DNA from: Macrostomum lignano
Lineage: Eukaryota
Direction: 5' to 3'
Length of the DNA stretch: 64,000 nt
NCBI GenBank assembly: GCA_002269645.1
Contig: NIVC01001167.1
Span: 261,933 to 325,932, forward strand
The notes beneath the pieces are model-generated. The model saw only the letters and a program-made list of their open reading frames with translations, did no database searches and was not told the origin of the DNA. Numbering within the stretch: position 1 is the first letter of the stretch; each line of letters begins with the position of its first letter. Below, one piece after another: positions 1-11,329 of the stretch. Both the position numbers and the translations under genes were made by a program.

Positions 1-554
1 TCTGCCCGTGATGGAATCCGACATCGACCCATTGGAGGGCGTTATGCGCGGTGCCTGCACAGTCAGCTAATCGTGGTTGCCGCTACGCTCATGTGCGCCG
101 CCTTGCTGCGAACCCCTTTGGCTCCCACCACTTATTCGGCACTCCTATCCAGGCGAGTGTGTCCGACGTCGTGGGCTCCTGTGTAGTGTCTGACACGAAG
201 ATTGCTGTACTTCCGCATGCGCAGCTCTGTTACACTTAAAATACTTTAGAGAGTAGCCTCGAGTACTTCGGAATCCCACCGTTTGCTTCCCACAGTTGTT
301 TTACGTTTTTCATTACTAGTTATAGTATCTGATGGGTTTCGACCTTTCGGCCCCCTTGTGGGAAGCCTTCGGGCCTCAGGTCTCAGAAATAAATCAATTA
401 AAGTCCTGGCCCCCACTCCTGTCAGATGGTCAGCCCCATGGTAGCTTGATCGTGTGGCGAGCAGTGTAGGTCCTATAGCTAAGAGAGGGACAGCGAGAGA
501 CAAGCAGAGAGAATTTTGAAGGTAGAAATTAGTTAACCCGCAGGTTAGCTAACT

Positions 555-799
555 CGCTGCCACCAGCCCGTACGTCCTGGCTCACCACACCGGGACTCTC
601 GAAATCGGGCTTCCGACTAGAAGGGGCTTTGCACTTACCTGCCAACTAGTGTCTTTTTGCTGTCAATCTCGAAGTCATAGCCGATTATATAAGGGACACT
701 GCTGGGACTTGATCGCATTGGCCATGCAGGTACAGAGGGGACTTGTGCAGGGGATTCTTGCAGTGGCGAGACTATGGGGTAGCTACATGTACTATTACA
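555..799 (-). mobile_element. Gypsy-type 5' LTR (569-799) with tRNA-Leu primer-binding site (555-565)
   Basis: On the minus strand a ~230-bp segment starts TGTAATAG, ends ...GTACG (TACA expected) and contains TATATAA. After 3 nt comes TGGTGGCAGCG, the complement of the tRNA-Leu 3' end CGCTGCCA-CCA. No convincing gag ORF downstream within the window. Confidence 0.55.
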
Positions 800-2270
800 T
801 TGCTAAATACGAGGAATTGTACTTTTGTACCAAACATTATATCTAGTATAGATTCTATGACAATTTGCAGAAAAAGGATAAAAATGCCCATTGCCTACTG
901 TTAGTAGGCTAGTAAGTTGAGAGCTCATGTGCTAGCGTGGGATTTGGAAAAAAGTGCGTCCTCATCATATCAATATATTGCAGCTGCTTAATGAAACTGG
1001 TAATAGGCCTAATTGTTTATGTAATATGCTTATAGCTGAATTGGTAGCCTCTAAATCTACTTGTTTCCGCGATCAGTTAGACAACTTAATGTTTACTGAT
1101 GGATTTCTGTAACCAGTAGCTACTGTTATCTGTAATATATAACTGTTTTAAAACAATATTATCCCTATTGCCTGGTATCCACTCCCACAGTGTTAACGTG
1201 CACATTTTGCAGTAAACTTTCGCGAAGCTACTCGCTAATCGTTACGTATACTTTCAATTAATTCGAATTAGGCTTAATTAACTGATTAATTATTCCATAG
1301 TGATAAAACGGAACAATGAACCCTTCGTTTGTGCATTCATTCATTAATTGTCATCAATTCGTTATACTCGGTCCTTAGCATGCACTCATTTATTTATTGC
1401 AGCCGTAGTTGCCTTACAATTTGTAACGCACAATGACCTCCCGTAAGAGCTCTAGAGTGGAAAAGAACAAGGGTGGGCGAGCAAGCAGCGGGTGGTTATG
1501 TAAGGCGAAGCAGGACGGGATTGAACCGTCCTGGGCGATTTCGTGTGGCCGCATGGTAGTTCGCGAGGCCAAGCTCCTGCTGCTTCGTACACCCGAGCTC
1601 GCAAAACATACGCGTGGCCCGGACAAGCCCGAACATTCAACGGACTGCAGTCTGATTTCAAGATCACAGTCTGCTGTAAAACTACCACCTGAAACCAGCG
1701 GTGGTTCGGCAGCATCGCGGTCTCCAGTTGAGTCCGCAACTGGGTCCGCTCTGCTGGCTGACGTCGAGTCTTATTCTGCAGCTAATGACGAGTCAGAAGA
1801 CCCGGATCCGGGGACTGTAGGCCCCAGTGGCCTGTCCCCTGCATTCGCCTGTCCATACTGCCCAATAAGGCTAAGTGATCCGGAGTATATCCGGATCGTG
1901 AATAATAGTAGTAGTGAGAAATAAAGAAAACAATTTTTTAATCACAACTGAAGAAAACTGATCAGTTTTATTCAAGTGCTTGCTACGTGTTTATTAAAGT
2001 GTAAAGTGTATAAAATGTTATTAAAGTATTCAAGGTGACACATGTGTCAAGGGGGTCTGACCACAAGTCAAAGATTCAGCCACCATACAGCGCTGAGCCA
2101 AAAGCTTTATTAAATTTGTTGTGTTCGTACAATGAAGCTCCATAGCTTTATTATAGTTTCGAACAAACGAGCTTTGCTATTTTAAAACAGTGTACACAGG
2201 GACAACTAGAAAGTCCCTGAGTTTCTAACTGTCCCTGAGTGTACATTCCTACAGATACATCAATGTAATA

Positions 2271-4290
2271 TTCCTGCACGAAAACGAGTGCGTCAATGGC
2301 AAAAGCCAATTGACGCACTCGTTTTCGTGTAGGAAAATCATTGTCTTTTGACCATAGACAAAGTCATTCCTGCACGGTTTTCGAGAAACGTTAAGAAGAG
2401 ATGAAAATTGAGTGGAGAGTTTATAGAAAAGTGTATAAAGCTTATTGACTATGGCGTCTGTAATCGACTCGGCTCTGAATCCTCCATTAATTGATTTTCG
2501 CTACGCTACGGTGTCTGGATTAAGTGGCGACGAAATGTTTATTGAAAGTGTGTCCAGCAACTTTGAGAGGACGGGCGACGATTTGACTGCACTGATAGCG
2601 GATTGCACGTTCAGCGAGGAATTAGAGAAACTTTTCAGCTCGGATCCGGAAACCTTGTGTAACCTTGACGAATTGGAAAGTCTGGCCGCTCAACTGGAAC
2701 GCGACAACGAATGTCATTCGACTGTCTCTAAGGAGAAAGCTGTGATCAACCGCTTGACGGTCTAGTTGGCGAAGAATAATTTAAAAGTGGATTACGCGAC
2801 TGCTTCGGTGGAAGAAATTGCCAAATGGGTCCGCTACTTCTATGCGATTCTGCGTAAGTCAGACGGCAGCTTCTATTCGCCGAATACAATCGTAGGAATT
2901 CGAGCCGCACTGTTCAGGTACTTTATGAAATTACCTGGCCTCAATATCATCGCTCACGAGGCTTTTCATAGCGCGAATTTGATGGTGAAGAATGTTTGCA
3001 ATGCGTATTTGAAGTCCGGTGGTCGAGTGCAGCATTACGAAGCCATTGAGTCGGACGACCTTGTCAAGCTTGCTTCTTACTTCGACAGAAGCACTCCAAC
3101 AAGTTTGCAAGAAGAGGTATATTTCAATGTGTTATTTTATTTCGGCAATCGCGGCAGAGAATGGCTACGAGGTCTCACTGTTCGTTCATTCCGAGAGAAG
3201 GCCCTATCAAACGGAGCTATGGCGATCGAGTTGCAAGGCAGCACCTCAAAGAATGTAAAAGGCTCGAGTGACATGCGACTCTGCGACGACAATAAACAGG
3301 CCTTGATGGTGGCCAAGCCGGAGTCAAGGCACTGTCCAGTTCAGGCCTTCCAGCTTTATTTGTCGAAAATTACTGCCGTGCCGGGTTGGAATCAGGAGGA
3401 CTTCTTTCTGCGTCCGAAACCACGTGTGAATGCGGATGGCATCTGGTACACCAAAGTACCAGTTGGAATCAACACTTTGGGGCCGTTGCTCAAGAAGATC
3501 TCTTCGAATGCTAACCTGTCCAAGCTGTACACTCCGCATTGTGTGCGACCTACAGTTGTTACGGAGCTGAATGAAGCTGGCTTTTCTGTCGGAAAAATTG
3601 CGAAGGTGACAGGTCACAAGGTGAGCAATTCTTTATTCTTAGTAAGTTTATTGACACATGGACAAGGAATTTATTAAACACCACCTCTATTCACAGAATA
3701 GCGCGTCGGTAGAACGATACATCCGGAGAGGCAAGAAGAGGGACTCGATCATGGCAGGGATGAGTGATCAGCTGACAGTCGCTCTAGCTGGAACTATGCC
3801 GGCACCAAGTTCTACATTGAGCGAAGCTCCTGCAAGGGCTGTTACAACTACCGACCCGTGCGCCCTGAGCGACGCTCCTACAAGGGCTGTTGCGACTACC
3901 GACCCGTGCGGATCAGCGTCAATGTCAACTGTCAAGAAGTCACTGGTTGTTGAAGAATCGACCACCACACTTGTAGCAGCCCCCACTAAGCGGATGAAGA
4001 TTTTGGCAAACGGCGAAACGAATGTTGTGCAGTTTATTTTCGAGTAAATGCCGAGAGGGGTGTGAGTAGGTCTATAGACTCATTAACTGTTTCCCTAGTT
4101 CCACTTATTATCCTTTTTATTCTTCCATATTGTTATTGATTACATATTCAGTTGCTTCTAAAAATAAATTGTTAAATCGTGCAGGAATGAAGTCATTCCT
4201 GCACGATAAGCTAACGTATGTCAAGTGATTTCTACCATAGACACAGACATTCCTGCACGATAATAAATCGAAAAAATCATTCCTGCACGC
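2271..4290 (+). mobile_element. Crypton (CryptonA-like) tyrosine-recombinase DNA transposon
   Basis: YR coding region flanked on both sides by repeated TCATTCCTGCACG motifs and palindromes (2271-2335, 2351-2376, 4176-4207, 4234-4259, ~4278-4290). Boundaries approximate. Confidence 0.85.
2451..4047 (+). pseudogene. Crypton tyrosine recombinase (DUF3504/ZMYM-like YR); 2 exons (2451-3620, 3697-4047), one premature TAG at 2763-2765
   Basis: Motifs LRKSDG..YS, FGNRGRE (R), TSKN (K), HCPV, YTPHCVRPT (HxxR) and VTGHK. A phase-0 GT..AG intron at 3621-3696 joins TGHK to NSASVERY (catalytic Tyr). The upstream ORF is in frame across a TAG (likely TGG>TAG). Confidence 0.88.
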
Positions 4291-4936
4291 TGTGGTCAAA
4301 CGACAATGGTATTTGATGAGTAAATCAGTTGATAAAAATCACGCAGCTTAGAACCATGCGTTATAAAAACGATATAGTTTTCCTGCTTAAGTTTCTGTTG
4401 CATGTACAGGTGCAAAAGTTTTGCTGACATAACGCGTTCTTGTGTCTCGCTCCACCGTAATAAGGTTAACTCTATTACTGATATTTGCGATTCGAAAAAA
4501 AAGTGTTTACGCTATTAACGTTTGAATCGTCTAAATACACTGTCATTTTGAAGCTTCGTTTCAACTGTAATTTCTTTTCAAAGTTAAATTCATCCGTTTT
4601 ATTTGTTACCCGCAATATGCTTCCCTATTTTAGCAGATAGAAATATACAGGACTGACTGACACACTGACTTGAGTGAGTGGGTGACTGACTGACTGGCTG
4701 ACTGAATTTAAATTGTTTGTTTAATTGTCAGTCGGCTACATGTATCTAAATCTAGCTAGACACTATAGGTAGTAGTTACTCTTTACAGTTACTTAAAAGT
4801 TACTTTTTAAACGCAAAATCGGTATTGTACAAAACTCGCATTCTCATAAACAGTATCGTTATAAACACTTCAGCGCGTTCATGAATATAATATTACAGAT
4901 ATAATTTACACAGTTTTTTTCAGTGCGACAGACGAT

Positions 4937-7238
4937 ATGGATCGCAAGGGACACAATAATAATATATGCCGAGGTACTGACGGTCCTCCGGCCAAGCGCC
5001 ACAAAACCAAAAGTAAGAGAAAAATAACTGCAACGGCCGATGAAGCTCCGGCCAAGTCGAGTCGATCTGCTAAGGCCGATGGGGCTCCGGCCAAGTCGAG
5101 TCGATCTGCAACGGCCGATGAAGCTCCGGCCAAGTCGAGTCGATCTGCAACGGCCGATGAAGCTCCGGCCAAGTCGAGTCGATCTGCTAAGGCCGATGGG
5201 GCTCCGGCCAAGTCGAGTCGATCTGCTAAGGCCGATGGGGATCCGGCCAATTCGAGTCGATCTGCTAAGGTCGATGGGGCTCCGGCCAGTTCGAGTCGAT
5301 CTGCAACGGAGGCTTCGCCCGAGACTACCCATGACCATGTAGGCGGTCCTGAGGTTGCGGTGTCTGATCAAGAGGCTCTACCGTACGCGATCTTTGGCAA
5401 TGATCGAGAAAATCAGGACCCTGTAGCTGCAGCTGAGCCTGACATGGTGCCGTACAAAGTAGAAGCAGTGCGGCGTTACTTCATATTTCAATATCATAAT
5501 TTTCACCTTCGAACAGAAGTCGTATGCACAGAGGGCAGCAGTAACACAGCACTTGTTGTGGCACGTAGGCGTGATTCACCTGTCCCTGTCGCGGTGGGTA
5601 GTGTTGTACATATTGTGACGGCTCGGGCAAACAGGAAGAATGCCAGGCGATATCTTGGCACACTTCTGCGAGGCCCATTCCATCACAAAAGCGAAGCGAC
5701 TGGTGCCGCGACTTTAACAAATGTCCATACTCAGCCGACGGAGCTGCCCCGGGCCTGCGCCTCGTGCCGTGGCCTACTCGTTGAGCTGCAACGCTCAAAA
5801 TCTTTGACCGACACTCTCGGTAAGGCGGGAGCGAATTCCTAGTCGGAATAGCCATTCCGACTGTATGTAGCTCGTATATTTGCCTTTAGAGACTATGGGC
5901 CCGTTCTATAAAGCCATCAATCTTAGCTCCTATCTTCGCAGTGTAAAAGTTCCGACGTACGATCGAACTTACGCTACGACAGCTTTATAGTACGACCCCT
6001 ATATTTATTTATGTATATTTGTTTTGTCCGTATACTGTACGTTAAGATGTGTTAAGTACACAAGTTATTCCTCAGTTAGGATGCACGTTCAAGTTTTCAA
6101 ACACGTTTCTTAAACGTACTCTTTATTAAGGACAACTTTCATAATTGCATCCTTTTGAACAGGCTCTGAGCTTCGCGCAGCGCGCGCTGAATTGGCACAG
6201 CAGCATGAGGAGGTGCGCTCTCTGACACACCAAAACGCCGTACTGCGTAGGTTGGAGACTAAACTGCTCCAGCAGTGCGAAGTTGAGCAGTCGAAGATGT
6301 TGAAAATGCAGCGGGCTAGCAGTGCTGCCAATGCACTTCTTGTGCGCGCGTCGCAATGCCTAGCAGTACAGGACGTCAATGCAGGCCCTTCAACATCTGG
6401 GCAACGTTTGTTGGCCGGCTCCGATGACAGTCTGCATAGTCCGGCGGACGAGACAGAGGAGCCTGATTTGGAGGCCAACTTTGCAACCAGTAGTTCTCTA
6501 ACGGCGTCTCAGACTCAGTGCCTTTTACTGGCGTGTGACAGGGCGGCCTCTCAAGCTGGGCCCTCTGAGACCTCAAGTGGTTTGGTTGCCCTGTCCCAGG
6601 CGCAGCCATTTTTTAAGGTATCGGCAACATGCCGTGCCGAATTAGATCAGCGGCACCGGGACTACTTGGAGGCAAGAGAACAAAGGAGCACTGTCGATCT
6701 CGACGCCGCTGCCCGGTGCGACGCGACAGCCAAACAGGCAATGCTGCGGGCTCTAATTCGAGCAGTGTTTAATGACGCCGAGTTGGGCCACTCAACGTTG
6801 AGTGGTCGCAAGACGCCGGGCTACGTATCTACGCCAGCCAATCCGGCGAAGCTCGCCGCGGTAAATTTGTGGTTGCGTAATGCCAATATTGGGTTCTCCG
6901 AACCCGAACTGCGGCGAGCTTTCACCCGGTGCGGTGAAACTGCCCGACATCGATTAAACGTGCCCAAGCGCGTTCGCAAAGGAGCGTCTGAAGCTGAACG
7001 CAAATCGACGAAGAAGCTGGCTAAACAGTCCTCGCCGGTGCTCCGCGTTGTAACAGCCGGCGAGGACGCCCATGAAAGGGACAGGACTTCGACGTCTCGA
7101 TCCGCTCCTGCTGCAACCGCTGCTGCGTTGTCGGGACACGGAGCCACGGGGGGCACCGGCGGCGATCGTACAGACGCCAATGCCGCCGAGCGTGCAGAGA
7201 ATGCCGCCGACCTGTTGCTAGAACTCATCGGAAAGTAA
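4937..7238 (+). CDS. Spliced BEN-domain protein (exons 4937-5819, 6163-7238; ~652 aa): repeat region, coiled coil, C-terminal BEN-like domain
   Basis: GTAAGG donor at 5820 and AACAG acceptor ending 6162 join the two ORFs in frame (phase 1; DTL-G-SELRAARAEL). The C-terminal LRALIRAVFNDAELGHSTLSGRK...NPAKLAAV...RCGETARHR fits the BEN pattern by eye. AATAAA near 7395. Confidence 0.7.
5030..5302 (+). repeat. Coding minisatellite, 7 x 39 bp (ATADEAPAKSSRS / AKADGAPAKSSRS)
   Basis: Direct tandem units visible in DNA and protein. Confidence 0.95.
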
Positions 7239-7395
7239 AGTCAAAGATTGTAAGCAGTCAAGTATTTTTGTAAGTCAAGAATTGTAAGTCATCTTTTGTA
7301 TCTAAGTCATGAATTGTAAGTCATCTTCTTGTGTGTAAGTCAAGAATTGTAAGTCATCTTTTGTATGTAAGTTAAGAATTGTAAGTCATCTTTTA
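7239..7395 (+). repeat. Tandem ~32-bp repeats (GTCAAGAATTGTAAGTCATCTTTTGTATGTAA) in 3'UTR
   Basis: About 4 near-identical units. Confidence 0.9.
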
Positions 7396-7559
7396 ATAAA
7401 AGAATAAATGAGGTAGCCTTAAGGCTAGTTGAACTAAAGAATAAATGGCTTAATAAATTGAATTGTGGAAATATACTGCCACGTCTTTTCTTTCCTCTTT
7501 TACTTTGCCTCAGCAACACGCAAATTATAGACGGACGTAGTATGGATTTCATGCCTGCT

Positions 7560-7930
7560 CGTAACGTACTGCACATCCGATTTCTTTTCCGCTTTGGCCG
7601 TATGTTGTGGAAATCCGGTTTTCGTCCGGAAACTGCTCCGGTTTCTTTTCCGCTTTGGCCGTGTGTTGTGGAAATCCGGTTTTCGTCCGGAAAAAGCTCT
7701 GCATGCTCGTCCGGTACCATGCGGATTGACACCCGGATAAAATTTCAGACCAACCCCGGACACATCCGGATGAATGGGTCTCCGCATGAAAGATTTTCAT
7801 GTTTTGGTCCGTTTTGTAAACTTTTCGTCCGGCTTTTTCCCGGTTTTAATGGGAAAAATGCACTACGCACCGGACGAAACTCCGGAACTCTCTTCGACCA
7901 ATTTCCGGATGAAAAAGCCAGGCGGGATCT
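7560..7930. repeat. TCCGG-rich region with a ~55-bp direct duplication; possible transposon subterminal repeat
   Basis: TTTCTTTTCCGCTTTGGCCGT..GTTGTGGAAATCCGGTTTTCGTCCGGAAA occurs twice (~7580 and ~7641); many TCCGG/CCGGA motifs. Confidence 0.6.
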
Positions 7931-8340
7931 ATGAATTCGTCTTCATTAAATTTCAATTTCCAGTTTTGAAGTTAGTGTTCCAATTTTTGTTTCCATGGCT
8001 GAAAGATTGTTAGCAGTTCAGGCTATTTTGAAACTGAAAGTAGTGCTTTTCGTCGAAGGGAATCATTTTAGTTTACAATGAGACATTTTAATTAATCGCT
8101 AGATTTATTCAAATATCTCGTTACTGCATATTTCGCGTTCCAAAATTTCAGTTAATGCAAGGCAATGATCTTGCGGACTGTTCAGAGTCCGATGAGATAC
8201 GGTCTGAATCTGAAACCTCATCTGAGACGACGGAAAGTGATTGGTCGGAGACGACTAACACTGATTGGTCAGAATTAAGTAGCTCTGATTGGACCGAATC
8301 AACTGACTCTGGAGACAATAATCTATCTGTAGTAAGCTGA

Positions 8341-10119
8341 CTGTCATTGTCTACATCGACGATCTGCTCAAGGACTTGGAAGGTCTCCACGGGATTAGCG
8401 TTTCCGGATTTGCCGACGACCTGGCTACTTGGACCACCTGCGAGTCTACCTCGGAGGCCGCTGAGCAGCAGAGGAGGGCAGCGGACACCATTCAGAGGTG
8501 GAGTCGTTTGTGGCTCCTGCCCCTGGCCGGCAGCAAATGCACGCTCTTCAGTTGCAGCCCCAGAGGCCAAACGATGGACAGCAGCGGTATCACCATCAAT
8601 GATGTTGAGCTAAAGTGGTGCAAGTACCCCAAATTCCTCGGTCTCACCTTCGACCCGCAGCTAAAGTTTCACCGGCACGCAGAATCCGTGATAGCCAGCG
8701 CCAGGAGGAAGATGAACTTGCTCAGACGCGTCGCCGGCACAGACTGGGGCTGGAGTAGTCAACTGCTCAGGCAAACGTATAAGGCAATAATCGAAAGTGG
8801 CTTGCTCTACGGCGCCTCGGCGTGGACCCCCTGAATCACCAAAGAGACCTGGCGCCAGATGGAGGTCACGCAGAGAATGGCCGCTCATATCATAACCGGA
8901 TTGATGGCCACCACACCGACGGATGCGCTCGAGGCTGAAAGCGGCCTTGTGCCGATTGAGGACCTCTGCCACGCGCGGTGGGCCATCATGTACGACAGGC
9001 TTCTCAGGAAAGATAAGGACTCGCTCAGAGGCAAGCTCTTCCGGAAAGTTCAAGTTAACAGGTGTAAAAGAAAAGGCTGGAGGCATCAGGCTGCGGATAT
9101 CTTCAATATGAGCGGATTGTCCGACGCGGTCCTCGAGGATGCCATTGCTGAGGCCCCTTGGGCAGACAGCTGCAAGAACAGGGCCTTCATCTCTGGCTCC
9201 AGAGCGTCTACCGACTGCGAAAACAGGACCAAGGGCCTGGAAGTCATCGAGAAGCTTGGACACCTTGACTGGCTCATTTACTCTGACGGCTCGGTCAAGG
9301 ACAATAAGCGGGGCCGGCGGCATCGTGGTCTGCACACCCAGCGTGGACGATGTCGAGGGTGTCCAGCAGATCGTGGACAGAGCCAGAGCTGCGGCGGGGA
9401 AGCCATGCTCGTCAACGCAGGCGGAGCTTAGGGCGGCCTGCCTGGGGCTCGACTGGCTGGACGCGCGGAGGGACTGGACCAGCGCCGCCATCATTTGCGA
9501 CAGCCAAAGCTGCGTCCGGCTGCTGCAAGGGACCAGCAGACACCCGACGGCCATTTCGGCCAGATTGTGCATGAGGGCGCTCGAGGCCAGGGGCCAGCAC
9601 GTGAAGGTTGCATGGACACCGGCGCACTGCGGGCTGACCGGTAACGAGCTGGCAGACGAGGAAGCGGGCAGAGCGTGGGCTGAGGCCAGTGCCGAGGAGC
9701 AGGAGGCATGCAAGAGACCGTCGACCATAAGCAAAGCCTGGATCAACAGACATGTTGCAAAGGACAGGAAAAGAACGCACCCTCGGTCGGTCACGGTCTA
9801 CAGCACCACAGGACCGGCGAAGCAGCCAAGGTACAGCATCCGAGAAGAGGCCACCAGCTTCAGGAGGCTCCGCACCGGCCACTCTTTAGAGCTCGCCAGC
9901 TATGCGAAGCGCATCGGAAAAAATGAGGACAGCAGCTGCCAGGACTGCGGATCGCAAGAGGAAAATGTCGAACATCTGATGGACTGCCCGGCGACCTGGA
10001 GGAAGAGAGAAGAGATGGACATCAGGGAGCTGGCGGATCTGAACACCAAGGCCGAGAGGGCGCTTGACTTCTGGCGGTGGATGCGTGGCAGAAAGATCGA
10101 GAGGATGTAGTCCATGGGC

Positions 10120-10172
<53 letters not shown>
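8341..10172 (+). mobile_element. 5'-truncated I/Ingi-like LINE: RT C-terminal part + RNase H + CCHC finger, (CA)n tail
   Basis: VYIDDL..FADDLA, KFLGLTFDPQL, YSDGS, SSTQAELRA, ICDSQS, WTPAHCGLTGNELAD, CQDC..ENVEHLMDCP. Stop at 8832 and frameshift ~9305. (CA)n at 10122-10172. Confidence 0.9.
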
Positions 10173-10174
<2 letters not shown>

Positions 10175-10200
10175 AGCAGCAGCAGCAGCAGCAGCAGCAA

Positions 10201-11313
10201 TATGAATATGTGCTAGCTACCGCACGACCAGGAGTTGCTGGCGCCACCGTGCCTTGCAGCTCATGGCCAGTATGCCGGGATACCTGGACAGCCGGGAACC
10301 TCTGCCGGCGCTCCCCCTCTGCCCCTGGCAACGACCGCCAGCCACGCGCACGATCCGCTGCAACCTCACCGCGCCCGCTGGCGAGGCCGAGGAGACCGAA
10401 GAGCTCTCGACTGAGGTCGCTGCTAAGGAAACACTTTGGAGGCGCGCCCGAAGGCCATCCGCAATTGCGCAGCCGATCTAGTGCTCTACACGGATGGCTC
10501 GGCCACTGACGGCTGCGCCCGCGGTGGTGCGGCCTGCGTGGTCACCAGCGGCGACCCGGCCGACCCCGAGATGGTCACGACGATCTCAGCCACCGGCTCG
10601 CCGCACACCTGCAGTTTCGATGAAGAGAGACGGTCTCTACAGCTCGCTACTAACTGGCTCCGCAACCAGCAATTCACAGGACGGGTCCTCATCTGCACGG
10701 ACAGCCGCGCCCTCCTCATGGCTCTCCTGAGCGACAGGCCCCGTTGCTCGCTGCTCGACCTGGACTGCCAAGCTGCCGCCCTGGTGCTTCAATGGGTCCT
10801 GGCACACTGCGGCATCCCCGGGAACGAGCTGTCCGATGAGGCTGCCAAGCAGGCGGCCGCTGCTGATTCCGCCCCGGCACCCATCTCCTACCACAGCGCG
10901 TTGGCGACGATCAAGCGGCACTTCGGAGACCCGCCACTCACGCACGCACGCACCGCCGCGGTTTACAGGGCCCTCAACAGGGACCGCGACCGCGCCGAGC
11001 TGCGTAGCCGACAAGACGCGGTGCTATTGGCGAGGCTCCGCTCGGGACACTGCAGTTTTCTCCGCGCCTACTGCAACGTCGTCAACCCCGCCGCCGACCC
11101 GACCTGCCCGCGCTACCAAGACAGTCCGGAGGACCTGGAGCACTGGCTCAGCTGTCCGGCCCTCCGGCCCACCAGGCTCTCTATTTTCGACGAGGACGAG
11201 TTAGGCCTTTCGGTTCTGACCGCCGCCCCCGCGACGTCAGTGGCGCTTGCGAGGCGCAGCCTCCTCTGACTGGCCTCGGCGCCTGTGCCCCAACAAAACA
11301 AAACAAAAAACAA
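10201..11313 (+). mobile_element. Second 5'-truncated I/Ingi-like LINE: RNase H + CCHC finger, (CAAAA)n tail, inserted in a (CAG)n tract
   Basis: LYTDGSA, LICTDSRAL, QWVLAHCGIPGNELSD, LARLRSGH, CP..EDLEHWLSCP. Flanked by AGCAGCAGCAGCAA at 10187-10200 and 11314-11327 (probable TSD). Confidence 0.9.
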
Positions 11314-11329
11314 AGCAGCAGCAGCAACA

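Noticed and set aside
632-645. ACTTACCTG resembling the U1 snRNA 5' end
   Set aside because: No U1 body follows; reads as a minus-strand splice donor inside the LTR
1433-1924. 163-aa ORF ending in CPYC
   Set aside because: No recognisable domain or context; cannot be supported as a gene
5030-5302. CRISPR-like arrays (also 19566-19702, 59879-60005)
   Set aside because: Contiguous tandem units without unique spacers, no cas genes, eukaryotic context
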